64,000 nucleotides of DNA, from assembly GCA_041659505.1 (NCBI GenBank), contig JBAZYF010000003.1:150026-214025 (forward strand), in the 5' to 3' direction. The first letter of the stretch is position 1, and each line of letters starts with the position of its first letter. The notes beneath the pieces were generated by a model. It saw nothing but the letters and a program-made list of their open reading frames with translations. It made no database searches and had not been told where the DNA came from. This DNA comes from Parcubacteria group bacterium (GTDB lineage Bacteria; Patescibacteriota; Minisyncoccia; Moranbacterales; UBA2206). The position numbers were made by a program, and so were the translations under genes. This document shows positions 21,180-28,492 of the stretch, one piece after another.

Positions 21180-21262
21180 GATTAGGCCAGCATAATCGCG
21201 AATTCCTCTTCCCCGTCCCACTGGGCGAATAGGGAGAGTAGTTTTGAGTTGTTCATTTTTTT
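21180..21262 (-). repeat. 83-bp direct repeat, copy A; encodes a truncated small ORF MNNSKLLSLFAQWDGEEEFAIMLA
   Basis: About 90% identical to 22594-22675. It lies 13 nt after the stop of the RelE-like gene. Confidence 0.7.
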
Positions 21263-21274
21263 TATTTTAGGTAA

Positions 21275-21637
21275 TTATTCGCAATGAGAGAAATTTTTTA
21301 AATAGTCCTTGAGTCTTTCCTGATTTTCATTCTCCTTATCGCCTTTGTAGTATATTTCAATAAATTCGATCAGCTCAATGGTTTGGGTTTTGAGATGATA
21401 AGCATAAATTACGCGGAAGAATTTCCCTTTGGTGGAGTCGCAATGCATCCGCACTTTATATATTTCCAATATATCATTTTTGTGAAGCAGATTCCAATGC
21501 TTGCTTCCATTGCCTTGAGGCGCTGCAACCAGATATAATTCTTTGAGCTGATAAAAATCCTTTCCCAGCGTACGATATTTCTTGGAAAGTTTTTTCAGCT
21601 CTTTGGCAAATTCGCTTGTTTCCTGGAAATTTATCAT
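21275..21637 (-). CDS. RelE/ParE-fold toxin (Panacea-associated toxin candidate)
   Basis: 120 aa with the C-terminal FRVIYAYHLKTQTIELIEFIEIYYKGDKEN pattern of the RelE/ParE superfamily. It starts 12 nt after the stop of the upstream HTH-Panacea gene. Confidence 0.55.
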   Translation of the reverse strand: MINFQETSEFAKELKKLSKKYRTLGKDFYQLKELYLVAAPQGNGSKHWNLLHKNDILEIYKVRMHCDSTKGKFFRVIYAYHLKTQTIELIEFIEIYYKGDKENENQERLKDYLKNFSHCE

Positions 21638-21648
21638 CCGGATTTTTC

Positions 21649-22443
21649 TTAGAGTTTATCGTATTCCCGCACCGACAGTTTTTCATCCCGATAGAATACG
21701 CCGTTATATTCAACTGGCTTTCCCATTTCGGCGGCCCGCCACGGCATATCCTCGTGAGAAAGATCGGAAAGCTCTTTGGCGGTTTTATCAGCTAATCGCC
21801 GAAGTTCCCAATCGATATGCTTGATTTCTTGAGCGGTGAGCGGTGTCAAATCAACTTGATAGTCGGGATTTAGGAAATATTTTTTCTGATCCCGGTCATA
21901 GAATTTCGACCTAACCTCTTCAATCTCATTTTTAGCTTTCATTTCTTCCACAATCTTGGCAAACATCACCGGAGTCGGGCCAAAATGATTTTTAATATAC
22001 ACCGCGCCCATCAATTGCTCTTCATATTTTTCATAATAATCGAAGTCGATGAAATAGAGTAACTTATAGATCGCAGTCATGCCGATATTCGGTTTTCCTC
22101 CAACCTTTTTCAAGATATAGGTCAAGACCGTTTTGAATTTTTTCTGATTCTTAACCGGCACGGAAATTCTGATCTCATTTTCATTTTTCTTTTCTTTTCT
22201 ATCCCCTTCCGCTTCCAAAACAACAGTTTTGTCTATCACGTCAGTGTCGGACAAAAATTCCACAAGCGTCATACCAAAAATTTCCGCCAGCAGTCCCGCT
22301 TCGGTCACGGTGATGTCCCGCTCGCCTTTTTCGATTTGCATGTACGTCGGACGGGAAAGGCTCAATTTTTTAGCTAGATAGTCTTGAGAATAACCCTGCT
22401 TCAAACGAAGCTTTTTGATTTTCTCATATAATTTTTTAGGCAT
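21649..22443 (-). CDS. XRE-family HTH fused to a Panacea (DUF4065, SocA-like) domain antitoxin (PanA-like)
   Basis: N-terminal HTH_XRE (LRLKQGYSQDYLAKKLSLSRPTYMQIEKGERDITV) and a C-terminal Panacea-like segment (IYKLLYFIDFDYYEKYEEQLMGAVYIKNHFGPTP). Confidence 0.65.
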   Translation of the reverse strand: MPKKLYEKIKKLRLKQGYSQDYLAKKLSLSRPTYMQIEKGERDITVTEAGLLAEIFGMTLVEFLSDTDVIDKTVVLEAEGDRKEKKNENEIRISVPVKNQKKFKTVLTYILKKVGGKPNIGMTAIYKLLYFIDFDYYEKYEEQLMGAVYIKNHFGPTPVMFAKIVEEMKAKNEIEEVRSKFYDRDQKKYFLNPDYQVDLTPLTAQEIKHIDWELRRLADKTAKELSDLSHEDMPWRAAEMGKPVEYNGVFYRDEKLSVREYDKL

Positions 22444-22493
22444 AGTTTTGATACTTTTTACTTATACCCAAATCTTACACCGCATAATATCTT

Positions 22494-22512
22494 TTGTCAA
22501 ATATTTTGACAA
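22494..22512. promoter_or_regulatory. Palindromic operator TTGTCAAA-TAT-TTTGACAA upstream of the HTH-Panacea gene
   Basis: Perfect 8-bp arms, 51-69 nt upstream of the 22443 start. The position fits autoregulation by the XRE HTH. Confidence 0.5.
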
Positions 22513-22593
22513 TAGCTATTGTGAGATTATTTGACATATCCCTATCACCCTATTTCACGATAAAAGCCTTGTACAAAATCAATTGCTCCGGCC

Positions 22594-22675
22594 GATTAGC
22601 CAGCATGATAGCGAATTCCTCTTCGCCGTCCCACTGGGCGAGGAGGGAGAGTAGTTTTGAGTGGTTCATTTTTTT
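22594..22675 (-). repeat. 83-bp direct repeat, copy B; contains small ORF 22550..22669 (MNHSKLLSLLAQWDGEEEFAIMLANRPEQLILYKAFIVK)
   Basis: About 90% identical to 21180-21262. It lies 15 nt after the stop of the Mrr-like gene. A degenerate third copy sits at about 24375-24405. Confidence 0.7.
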
Positions 22676-22689
22676 GTACGAAAAATTTA

Positions 22690-23415
22690 TTAGATGTTTT
22701 TTATATAATGACAATTTGGAAAATTGGAACAGCCATAAAAATTTTCTCCCGCATGAGAACCTTTGTGCGCAGTTTTCAAAACCAAGTGACCACCACACTT
22801 TGGACATTTTTCAGAAATGCTAGATCCAAAGACGGGACGATTAGAAATTGCTTTGTCCAATCCAGCCGTCTTCACATATTCCATCAATTTTTTTCCATCA
22901 ATCAATTCGATTGATTTTCCCACTGCGAAGTTTTCCGCTTCCAACGTGAAAACATTGGTCGTGATAAAAAAGGCCTTTGCGTCAGAAAGCTTGTCAACTA
23001 CAGCGCCATAGAAATCACGCATCGCTCCGACAGATACTTGCTGAGTGATGAATTTTTTGCATTGAATGTAGTGCTTCGCTCCCTCTTTTGTAGCGATCGC
23101 ATCAATTCCTCCGTCATTTGGCCTTCCAACTGCTTCAGTTGCATAACCTAATTTATCAAAAAGATGACAAATAAACTCTTCGAACTGAGTTGGGGTTAAG
23201 TTTTTTATCGCCTCCAGTGAATTTTTACTTTCAAAAAAGCTCCTCTTCTTTCGCTTCTTGTATAAAACATAAATAGCTATAGGCAAGAATAAAGCCACGA
23301 GTATAATAGAAACCCCTAAAGCTATATTTTTGAATAGCAATGGTAAGACCTTTATAAACACAACGAGTGCATATAGTACAAATACCATCTCGCCCATTGA
23401 TTGTTTTTTAGCCAT
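22690..23415 (-). CDS. Membrane-anchored Mrr-like restriction endonuclease domain protein with a C-terminal topoisomerase-type zinc ribbon
   Basis: Two N-terminal TM helices, an Mrr_cat-like PD-(D/E)xK segment (FEEFICHLFDKLGY...GGIDAIA...YIQCKK) and a C-terminal CPKCGG...CSNFPNCHY ribbon. The start is probably the ATG at 23415; the track start at 23430 is a TTG. Confidence 0.65.
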   Translation of the reverse strand: MAKKQSMGEMVFVLYALVVFIKVLPLLFKNIALGVSIILVALFLPIAIYVLYKKRKKRSFFESKNSLEAIKNLTPTQFEEFICHLFDKLGYATEAVGRPNDGGIDAIATKEGAKHYIQCKKFITQQVSVGAMRDFYGAVVDKLSDAKAFFITTNVFTLEAENFAVGKSIELIDGKKLMEYVKTAGLDKAISNRPVFGSSISEKCPKCGGHLVLKTAHKGSHAGENFYGCSNFPNCHYIKNI

Positions 23416-23430
23416 TTTTGTTTTATGCAA

Positions 23431-23450
23431 GTAATTAATTACGTAATTAA
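23431..23450. promoter_or_regulatory. AT-rich palindrome GTAATTAATTAC-GTAATTAA sharing the 15-mer GTAATTAATTACGTA with 28214-28228
   Basis: 12-bp perfect palindrome 16-30 nt upstream of the Mrr-like gene start. An identical 15-mer occurs upstream of the MazE-like operon. Confidence 0.45.
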
Positions 23451-23487
23451 ATTTTTTAGAATCACCAGTTGAATTAATTTGCCGTGT

Positions 23488-24309
23488 CTATAGTATAATT
23501 TCAATTTCATTCGCAATAGTAATGTTAATAACTCTAAGCTCCACATCACCAAATCTTTTTATTCTTTGCGCTATTTTAATAGCATCTTCTTTTGTAATGC
23601 TCTCCGAAACCAACACGATGAGAACTGGCAAATCTATCAATAAAAATCTAATTCTTTCAAGGGTCCTCCTTATATAGAATTCCCCAATAAAATCAGCCCT
23701 CTCTGATTTTACATACTTAATCTCAACAATTTTTGAAATTACATCGCTAACTGGAGAATCGTAAAGTATGCCATCTGTAATTAAATTACCTCGTTTTGTT
23801 TCTATTTTTATTTCAGGCTTAAAATAAGTGCCATATTCACTTGATAAAAACTCCAGCGCTCTGCTTTCTGCGATTTTAATTTTATTTCTCTCTTCCTGAA
23901 ATTGCTTTTTTCTATCTATTTTCTCAGCATCACATTTGATACTATCGACACTCTCATCTTCTTGTTTTTTGTCCATTTCTGATCGAGTAGCTGGCTCTGT
24001 TTTTAGGTTCTGGCCGATATGCTCACTTTTACTTCTAAAAATAATTGCTAATTTTTGCATAAACTCCTCGCTAGCAATAATAAGACCACCAATAAAAAGT
24101 GAAACACTAAACACCCATCCATTTTTTGATATAATTGCAACAACAAACACAGCTAGTCCGCCAATAATTTTTTGAAGGCTTTTTTCATTATCATCTCTAA
24201 AAAATAACAATTTTACAAAAGCCAAAATCATCAATAGCAAAAAGGTGTATGTTGATATTGCTTGTAGACATTCAAATTTTATTATAGTTACCATATTTTC
24301 ATTAAACAC
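23488..24309 (-). CDS. Hypothetical membrane protein (N-terminal TM helices, charged coiled coil, C-terminal globular domain)
   Basis: 273-aa ORF. No family recognised. Confidence 0.45.
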   Translation of the reverse strand: MFNENMVTIIKFECLQAISTYTFLLLMILAFVKLLFFRDDNEKSLQKIIGGLAVFVVAIISKNGWVFSVSLFIGGLIIASEEFMQKLAIIFRSKSEHIGQNLKTEPATRSEMDKKQEDESVDSIKCDAEKIDRKKQFQEERNKIKIAESRALEFLSSEYGTYFKPEIKIETKRGNLITDGILYDSPVSDVISKIVEIKYVKSERADFIGEFYIRRTLERIRFLLIDLPVLIVLVSESITKEDAIKIAQRIKRFGDVELRVINITIANEIEIIL

Positions 24310-24442
24310 AAAATCATTGTTATTCCCAGTGTCTCCTAATCACCTCTTTCGTTTTCTTCTCATAAATCCCACTCCTAAAAAAGAAAAGCTAGCCTTGGTT
24401 GGTTCATTTTTTTGTGTATGCAATTAATTGCAAAAAATGAGA

Positions 24443-24733
24443 TTATTTATTTAAAATTTTTTCCAAATATTCTATCTCGGCTTTAAGACATTTTTCCCTG
24501 TATGCAAATTCGTTTTGTTCTTTTGCTATTTCTCCTAAACGCATTGGCTTAAGAACAGGATCATTATGATCATTGTGTAATTTTTCCAAGCTTGCCTGTC
24601 TTCGTTTTAGGTCTTTTTCTGTGCCATATTTTTTTAGTTTTCTATTTTCGATATACTGATAAATATTAAAACAACCACTTAAAATAGTGACAACGCTTAT
24701 AATAATTGCGAGGTTATTTTTTAAAAATTCCAT
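24443..24733 (-). CDS. Small membrane-anchored coiled-coil protein
   Basis: 96 aa with one N-terminal TM helix followed by a charged helical region. It is the last gene of a tight six-gene operon. Confidence 0.4.
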   Translation of the reverse strand: MEFLKNNLAIIISVVTILSGCFNIYQYIENRKLKKYGTEKDLKRRQASLEKLHNDHNDPVLKPMRLGEIAKEQNEFAYREKCLKAEIEYLEKILNK

Positions 24734-24751
24734 ATTTTTTAATAAAAAAAA

Positions 24752-25234
24752 TTAACCAATGAATGAAACTCCTAAGATCAAATAAATTAAACCAAAAACC
24801 CAAGGAATCAGCAGCTCAATATGAGAAAATGGATAATATAATTTTTCTTTTTTCCCCTCCCCTAAAATCTTCCATTCATAATCATACAATGCCAATGGTA
24901 AATTTTGCTCTATTTCATGGATAACTTTAAATTTACCAGAGTTTAACTGTCTATAGGCTCTAAGTAAGAACCAAAAAATAACGCAAATAACCAACCCGAG
25001 TAATGCCAGAACCATTTTTATCCAATTAAGCTTTTCTATCAGCTTAAGTTGAAAAGACAACCCAAGCACAGATATAAGAACGGTGTTGATGGTTAAGAAG
25101 AAATTATTGGCATTCTGCCTTCTGTCACTAATTCTTTCGGCGCTTTCAACATACATTTTATATTGATCAAAATAATGAGCATAATAATTCTCCCCGTATT
25201 CTGGTGCAGACTTATTTAGAAGCTTTTTATCCAT
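24752..25234 (-). CDS. Multi-TM small protein, candidate membrane effector (SLATT-like, tentative)
   Basis: 160 aa with a 50-aa cytoplasmic N-terminus carrying the conserved-looking RISDRRQNANNFF stretch, then 2-3 TM helices. It starts 7 nt after the TIR-like gene. Confidence 0.4.
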   Translation of the reverse strand: MDKKLLNKSAPEYGENYYAHYFDQYKMYVESAERISDRRQNANNFFLTINTVLISVLGLSFQLKLIEKLNWIKMVLALLGLVICVIFWFLLRAYRQLNSGKFKVIHEIEQNLPLALYDYEWKILGEGKKEKLYYPFSHIELLIPWVFGLIYLILGVSFIG

Positions 25235-25241
25235 ACCCTTT

Positions 25242-25643
25242 TTAATATTTATTAACTAGATTTTTTACATTTTCCCATGTCCAATCATAGTACCCTACTA
25301 ATCCTTCTGGCCTAGGGCAACTCTTACCAGGAAAACCTTTCAACCCAACAACAGGAACACAGGACTCTCTCGCCATTGCTATTTCAGCTAGCACTCCATT
25401 GCAAGCATGCGTTCTTTCCCCAACCATAACAATAACCAGGTCACATCTCTTTATTTTAGACAAACATTTTTCTTTCCACTCACCTTGACTCCATGGCTCT
25501 TTCACAGACCAATCTTCCATATCAAATGGTGTGCCATTATTTTTACATTGACCGATAAGGGAATCCCTGAGAAATTGATCATTATCAAAATCAAAGCTAA
25601 TAAATACGCGCTTTTTTTGTTGGTAGTAATTTCTATAATCCAT
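25242..25643 (-). CDS. TIR-like domain protein (DUF1863/ThsB-like)
   Basis: 133 aa opening with RVFISFDFDNDQFLRDSLI, matching the TIR-like DUF1863 N-terminal strand-loop motif, plus a later CDLVIVMVGERT strand. Confidence 0.55.
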   Translation of the reverse strand: MDYRNYYQQKKRVFISFDFDNDQFLRDSLIGQCKNNGTPFDMEDWSVKEPWSQGEWKEKCLSKIKRCDLVIVMVGERTHACNGVLAEIAMARESCVPVVGLKGFPGKSCPRPEGLVGYYDWTWENVKNLVNKY

Positions 25644-25674
25644 ATCCTTTTATTATAAAAATTGAAATTAGTTA

Positions 25675-27531
25675 TTATTTAATTAAACTCTTAAAATATT
25701 CCTTTGTTTCTTTATCTGTAAAATATACATAGCAACCTTTCATGCCTCTAGTCATTAATGTTCTGTAAGTATTTTTGATTATTGACCTGATTTTTTCTTT
25801 CGCCAAAGCTTCATCTTTTTTGAGTAACGTCTTGTATCCTTTAATTGAAGCATCCGTTTTGGCTCTTTTCGATGGGTCAACCAAAACGACTCCGTCTCTT
25901 ACAATCAAATCATCTCCCACGATTACGCCAATATAATCAACCTCCAGGCCTTGGCAAGTATGAATACACCCGGCTTCATTTACAGAATTTTTCGCAATGA
26001 TCCAAAGATTTCCGTCAGAACCAAGATTCCATTGCATCTTAAAGTCATACTCTGGAATGTTAATATCATATAACTTTGAATTTCTTCTGCTAATCCAATC
26101 CCAACAATACCCTGCAACAATTCTAGCTTTGTTGTTTGCTTTATTTTTCTCAACTATGACTTTGCGTAGCTCCTCAGGAGAATCCATGACCTTAAAATCA
26201 AAATCGTCGTCATCCAGAATAACATTTGCCGTTTCTCTGACTTGCAAAGCATTATCTAGCCACGAGAGATATCCGTCCGAACCATTACAACGAAATTGCG
26301 AGCTAAGATCGCTTTCAAAAACATTCGCTCCTAATTTTTTGGCCCATTTTTTAATCTCGTCTTTCTCTCCAATATCATCAAAATGGATCTTTTGATTTTC
26401 ATCAATAAAAAATACTGAGAATTTTGAAGCATTAATTATCTCCTTAATTTGATTTTCTCCCATATTCTTGAACATTCCAGATTTGCTATTGAGGCGATGG
26501 GCTTCATCAACAATTAAAGCTCCAAAGATATTTTTCTTCGCATTATAAAATGATCCTGATCCAGAAAATAGATTTGATATTTCTGTTTTTTTCAAAGTTC
26601 CTACTAATTTACTTTCGTAAACAGTTCTTGGCGCAGAATTTTTTGAGACATACTGAGCAAATAGGCCATTCTTAATAAGCTCGACCATGAGATTTATTGC
26701 TACAACCGACTTTCCCGTTCCTGGACCACCTTCGACGATAAAGACATTCTTGCTTTGATCTGTAGATTTAAGAGCTAAATATTTTGCCTTTTCAAATACA
26801 ACTTTTTGGTCGTCTACCATTACAAATTCACTGTTTCCCAAAAGCATTAGAGATAAGCTGTCTGCCAAGCATTTTGATGGCTTTATTATTCCACTTTCAA
26901 TCTGAAACATTACCTTGCCCTTATCTCCATATTTTACAAATTTCTTGATAAACTCTCTCAGTTTTAATGTCTCTTTCCTCAAAAAAACAGGCGCTCTTTT
27001 TATATGCTCAGCATAAAACTCATTCCTAATTGCCCCATCGTCTATGTAATTATGTAAATATGCACATGGCATTAATGTTATTTCCTCCTTGGTAATAGCT
27101 TCGTTAAAATTATCTAAAAGTGCTGCATATGACCAGGCTTGGTATGCAGGGTGGCTAACTTCGCGCATTCCTCCGCCGACGAATGTTGAAATTATTCCAT
27201 CCATTTCGGTAATTTCCGCTTTTTCCCATTGCTTCAACTCTACAATCACTGCGTGATCTTTTCTGTCATTATTTTGACCAGTTAAAATAAAATCCACTCG
27301 CTTTGATGTTTGTGGAATCTGGTATTCTATCATGACGCCGCAATCACTTGGAATATCCTCGTCTTGAAGAATATTTTCCATGTACATCATAGAATTCTTC
27401 CAGGCATTCATTTCGCTAATTGTGGTTTTTCTTTTTAGCTTTTTCTGAAAAATATCATATATCGCAACTTCGATATTGTTAGTGACAACATCCTGAGAAA
27501 AACCTTGCTTTGTGGATTGATAAACAATCAT
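25675..27531 (-). CDS. DUF2075-family Schlafen-like ATPase (N-terminal PD-(D/E)xK-like region plus P-loop NTPase/helicase-like domain)
   Basis: 618 aa with Walker A GGPGTGKS, Walker B LIVDEAH, and an N-terminal D...ELKQWE nuclease-like motif. The architecture is typical of defence-island DUF2075 proteins. Confidence 0.6.
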   Translation of the reverse strand: MIVYQSTKQGFSQDVVTNNIEVAIYDIFQKKLKRKTTISEMNAWKNSMMYMENILQDEDIPSDCGVMIEYQIPQTSKRVDFILTGQNNDRKDHAVIVELKQWEKAEITEMDGIISTFVGGGMREVSHPAYQAWSYAALLDNFNEAITKEEITLMPCAYLHNYIDDGAIRNEFYAEHIKRAPVFLRKETLKLREFIKKFVKYGDKGKVMFQIESGIIKPSKCLADSLSLMLLGNSEFVMVDDQKVVFEKAKYLALKSTDQSKNVFIVEGGPGTGKSVVAINLMVELIKNGLFAQYVSKNSAPRTVYESKLVGTLKKTEISNLFSGSGSFYNAKKNIFGALIVDEAHRLNSKSGMFKNMGENQIKEIINASKFSVFFIDENQKIHFDDIGEKDEIKKWAKKLGANVFESDLSSQFRCNGSDGYLSWLDNALQVRETANVILDDDDFDFKVMDSPEELRKVIVEKNKANNKARIVAGYCWDWISRRNSKLYDINIPEYDFKMQWNLGSDGNLWIIAKNSVNEAGCIHTCQGLEVDYIGVIVGDDLIVRDGVVLVDPSKRAKTDASIKGYKTLLKKDEALAKEKIRSIIKNTYRTLMTRGMKGCYVYFTDKETKEYFKSLIK

Positions 27532-27534
27532 AAT

Positions 27535-27882
27535 CTAGAGTTTATTGTATTTAGTATGCCTGCCTTTGGCCTTTTCGATTGGATATTTTTCTTCGTTTTT
27601 TGTTTGCTTTTTGTCCAGCGCTTTCAAAACATCTATTTCTAAATCATGACTCATTAGTAAAACCCAATATAAAACATCGGCCAATTCCTCGCCGATTTCT
27701 TCTTTCGCCTTTTTTGCATACTTCTTCATTTCACTTTCATTCTTCCATTGAAAATGCTCCATTACCTCTGCTGCTTCCAAAACCAAAGACAAGGCTAAAT
27801 CTTTTGGATTATGAAATTGCTTCCAATCTCGCGCGTCACGAGAAGCGATTATTCGTTTTGTCAGATCATCTACTTTTGACAT
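27535..27882 (-). CDS. MazG-like nucleotide pyrophosphohydrolase
   Basis: 115 aa with the all-alpha NTP-PPase signature (LALSLVLEAAEVMEHFQW...EELADVLYWVLLMSHDLEIDV...EKYP). Confidence 0.7.
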   Translation of the reverse strand: MSKVDDLTKRIIASRDARDWKQFHNPKDLALSLVLEAAEVMEHFQWKNESEMKKYAKKAKEEIGEELADVLYWVLLMSHDLEIDVLKALDKKQTKNEEKYPIEKAKGRHTKYNKL

Positions 27883-27885
27883 AAT

Positions 27886-28062
27886 TTACTTTTTCCAATC
27901 CTCAATAATTAATTTACTCCCCGATTTTTTGACTATCACTTTTTGTTTCTCCCGCCAACCGAGTGCGCGGAATAATTCGATGGGGATGGTGACGGCGATG
28001 GATTGCTTGCCGACCTTGGTCAGCTTGCGGATATTTTTGTCTTCCATTTTTCTGACTGGCAT
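27886..28062 (-). CDS. AbrB/MazE/SpoVT-family swapped-hairpin DNA-binding protein (MazE-like antitoxin)
   Basis: Unlisted 58-aa ORF: MPVRKMEDKNIRKLTKVGKQSIAVTIPIELFRALGWREKQKVIVKKSGSKLIIEDWKK. It ends 3 nt before the MazG-like start. Confidence 0.6.
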   Translation of the reverse strand: MPVRKMEDKNIRKLTKVGKQSIAVTIPIELFRALGWREKQKVIVKKSGSKLIIEDWKK

Positions 28063-28209
28063 ATATTTGTAGGTAAATTATTTAACCATACGGATTTGCG
28101 CTTCTTAATAAGCTCCTACACTGGATTCTCTGCCTACGCCGAGGCTTCGGCAGGCAGGCCGCCGGAGTTTATGCTTGTGAAGCGGGTGCGGGAATGAATG
28201 ACACGGGGT

Positions 28210-28229
28210 GTACGTAATTAATTACGTAC
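28210..28229. promoter_or_regulatory. Perfect 20-bp palindrome GTACGTAATTAATTACGTAC
   Basis: Exact reverse-complement symmetry, about 150 nt upstream of the MazE-like operon. It shares a 15-mer with the site at 23431-23445. Confidence 0.5.
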
Positions 28230-28233
28230 CACT

Positions 28234-28353
28234 TTAGGCTGCCGCAAACTCTCCCAACTCCTCAAAAACCCCATCGGTGAAATCGGTTGGTTTGAATTTT
28301 AAAATTGCCAGCGCGTTTTTGCGGCAATATTCGAGTTCGGAAAAATTTTTCAT
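28234..28353 (-). pseudogene. Duplicated 3'-end fragment of the HD-domain gene found at 31976..32485
   Basis: About 90% nucleotide identity over roughly 90 nt with 31988-32076. It encodes MKNFSELEYCRKNALAILKFKPTDFTDGVFEELGEFAAA, matching the C-terminus ...LDYCRKNALAIFKFKPTDFTDGVFEELGGFLIG. Confidence 0.7.
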
Positions 28354-28492
28354 TTTTCTAAAAATAAAGTTTTAAACTATTTTAATACCCAAAAAATCCT
28401 ATCGCCCCTGATATCCAGCCTGTCACTTTATCATTTTACGCCTTTTTGGCTTTTTAGGCTAATTCTAGCAGCTGAAACTCATTGGTCAGCTC

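Noticed and set aside
21180-24405. Integron-like cassette array (repeats immediately 3' of same-orientation genes)
   Set aside because: The repeats lack recognisable attC core and inverse-core sites (GTTRRRY / RYYYAAC), they are not imperfect palindromes, and no IntI integrase is present. They are kept only as generic cassette-boundary repeats.
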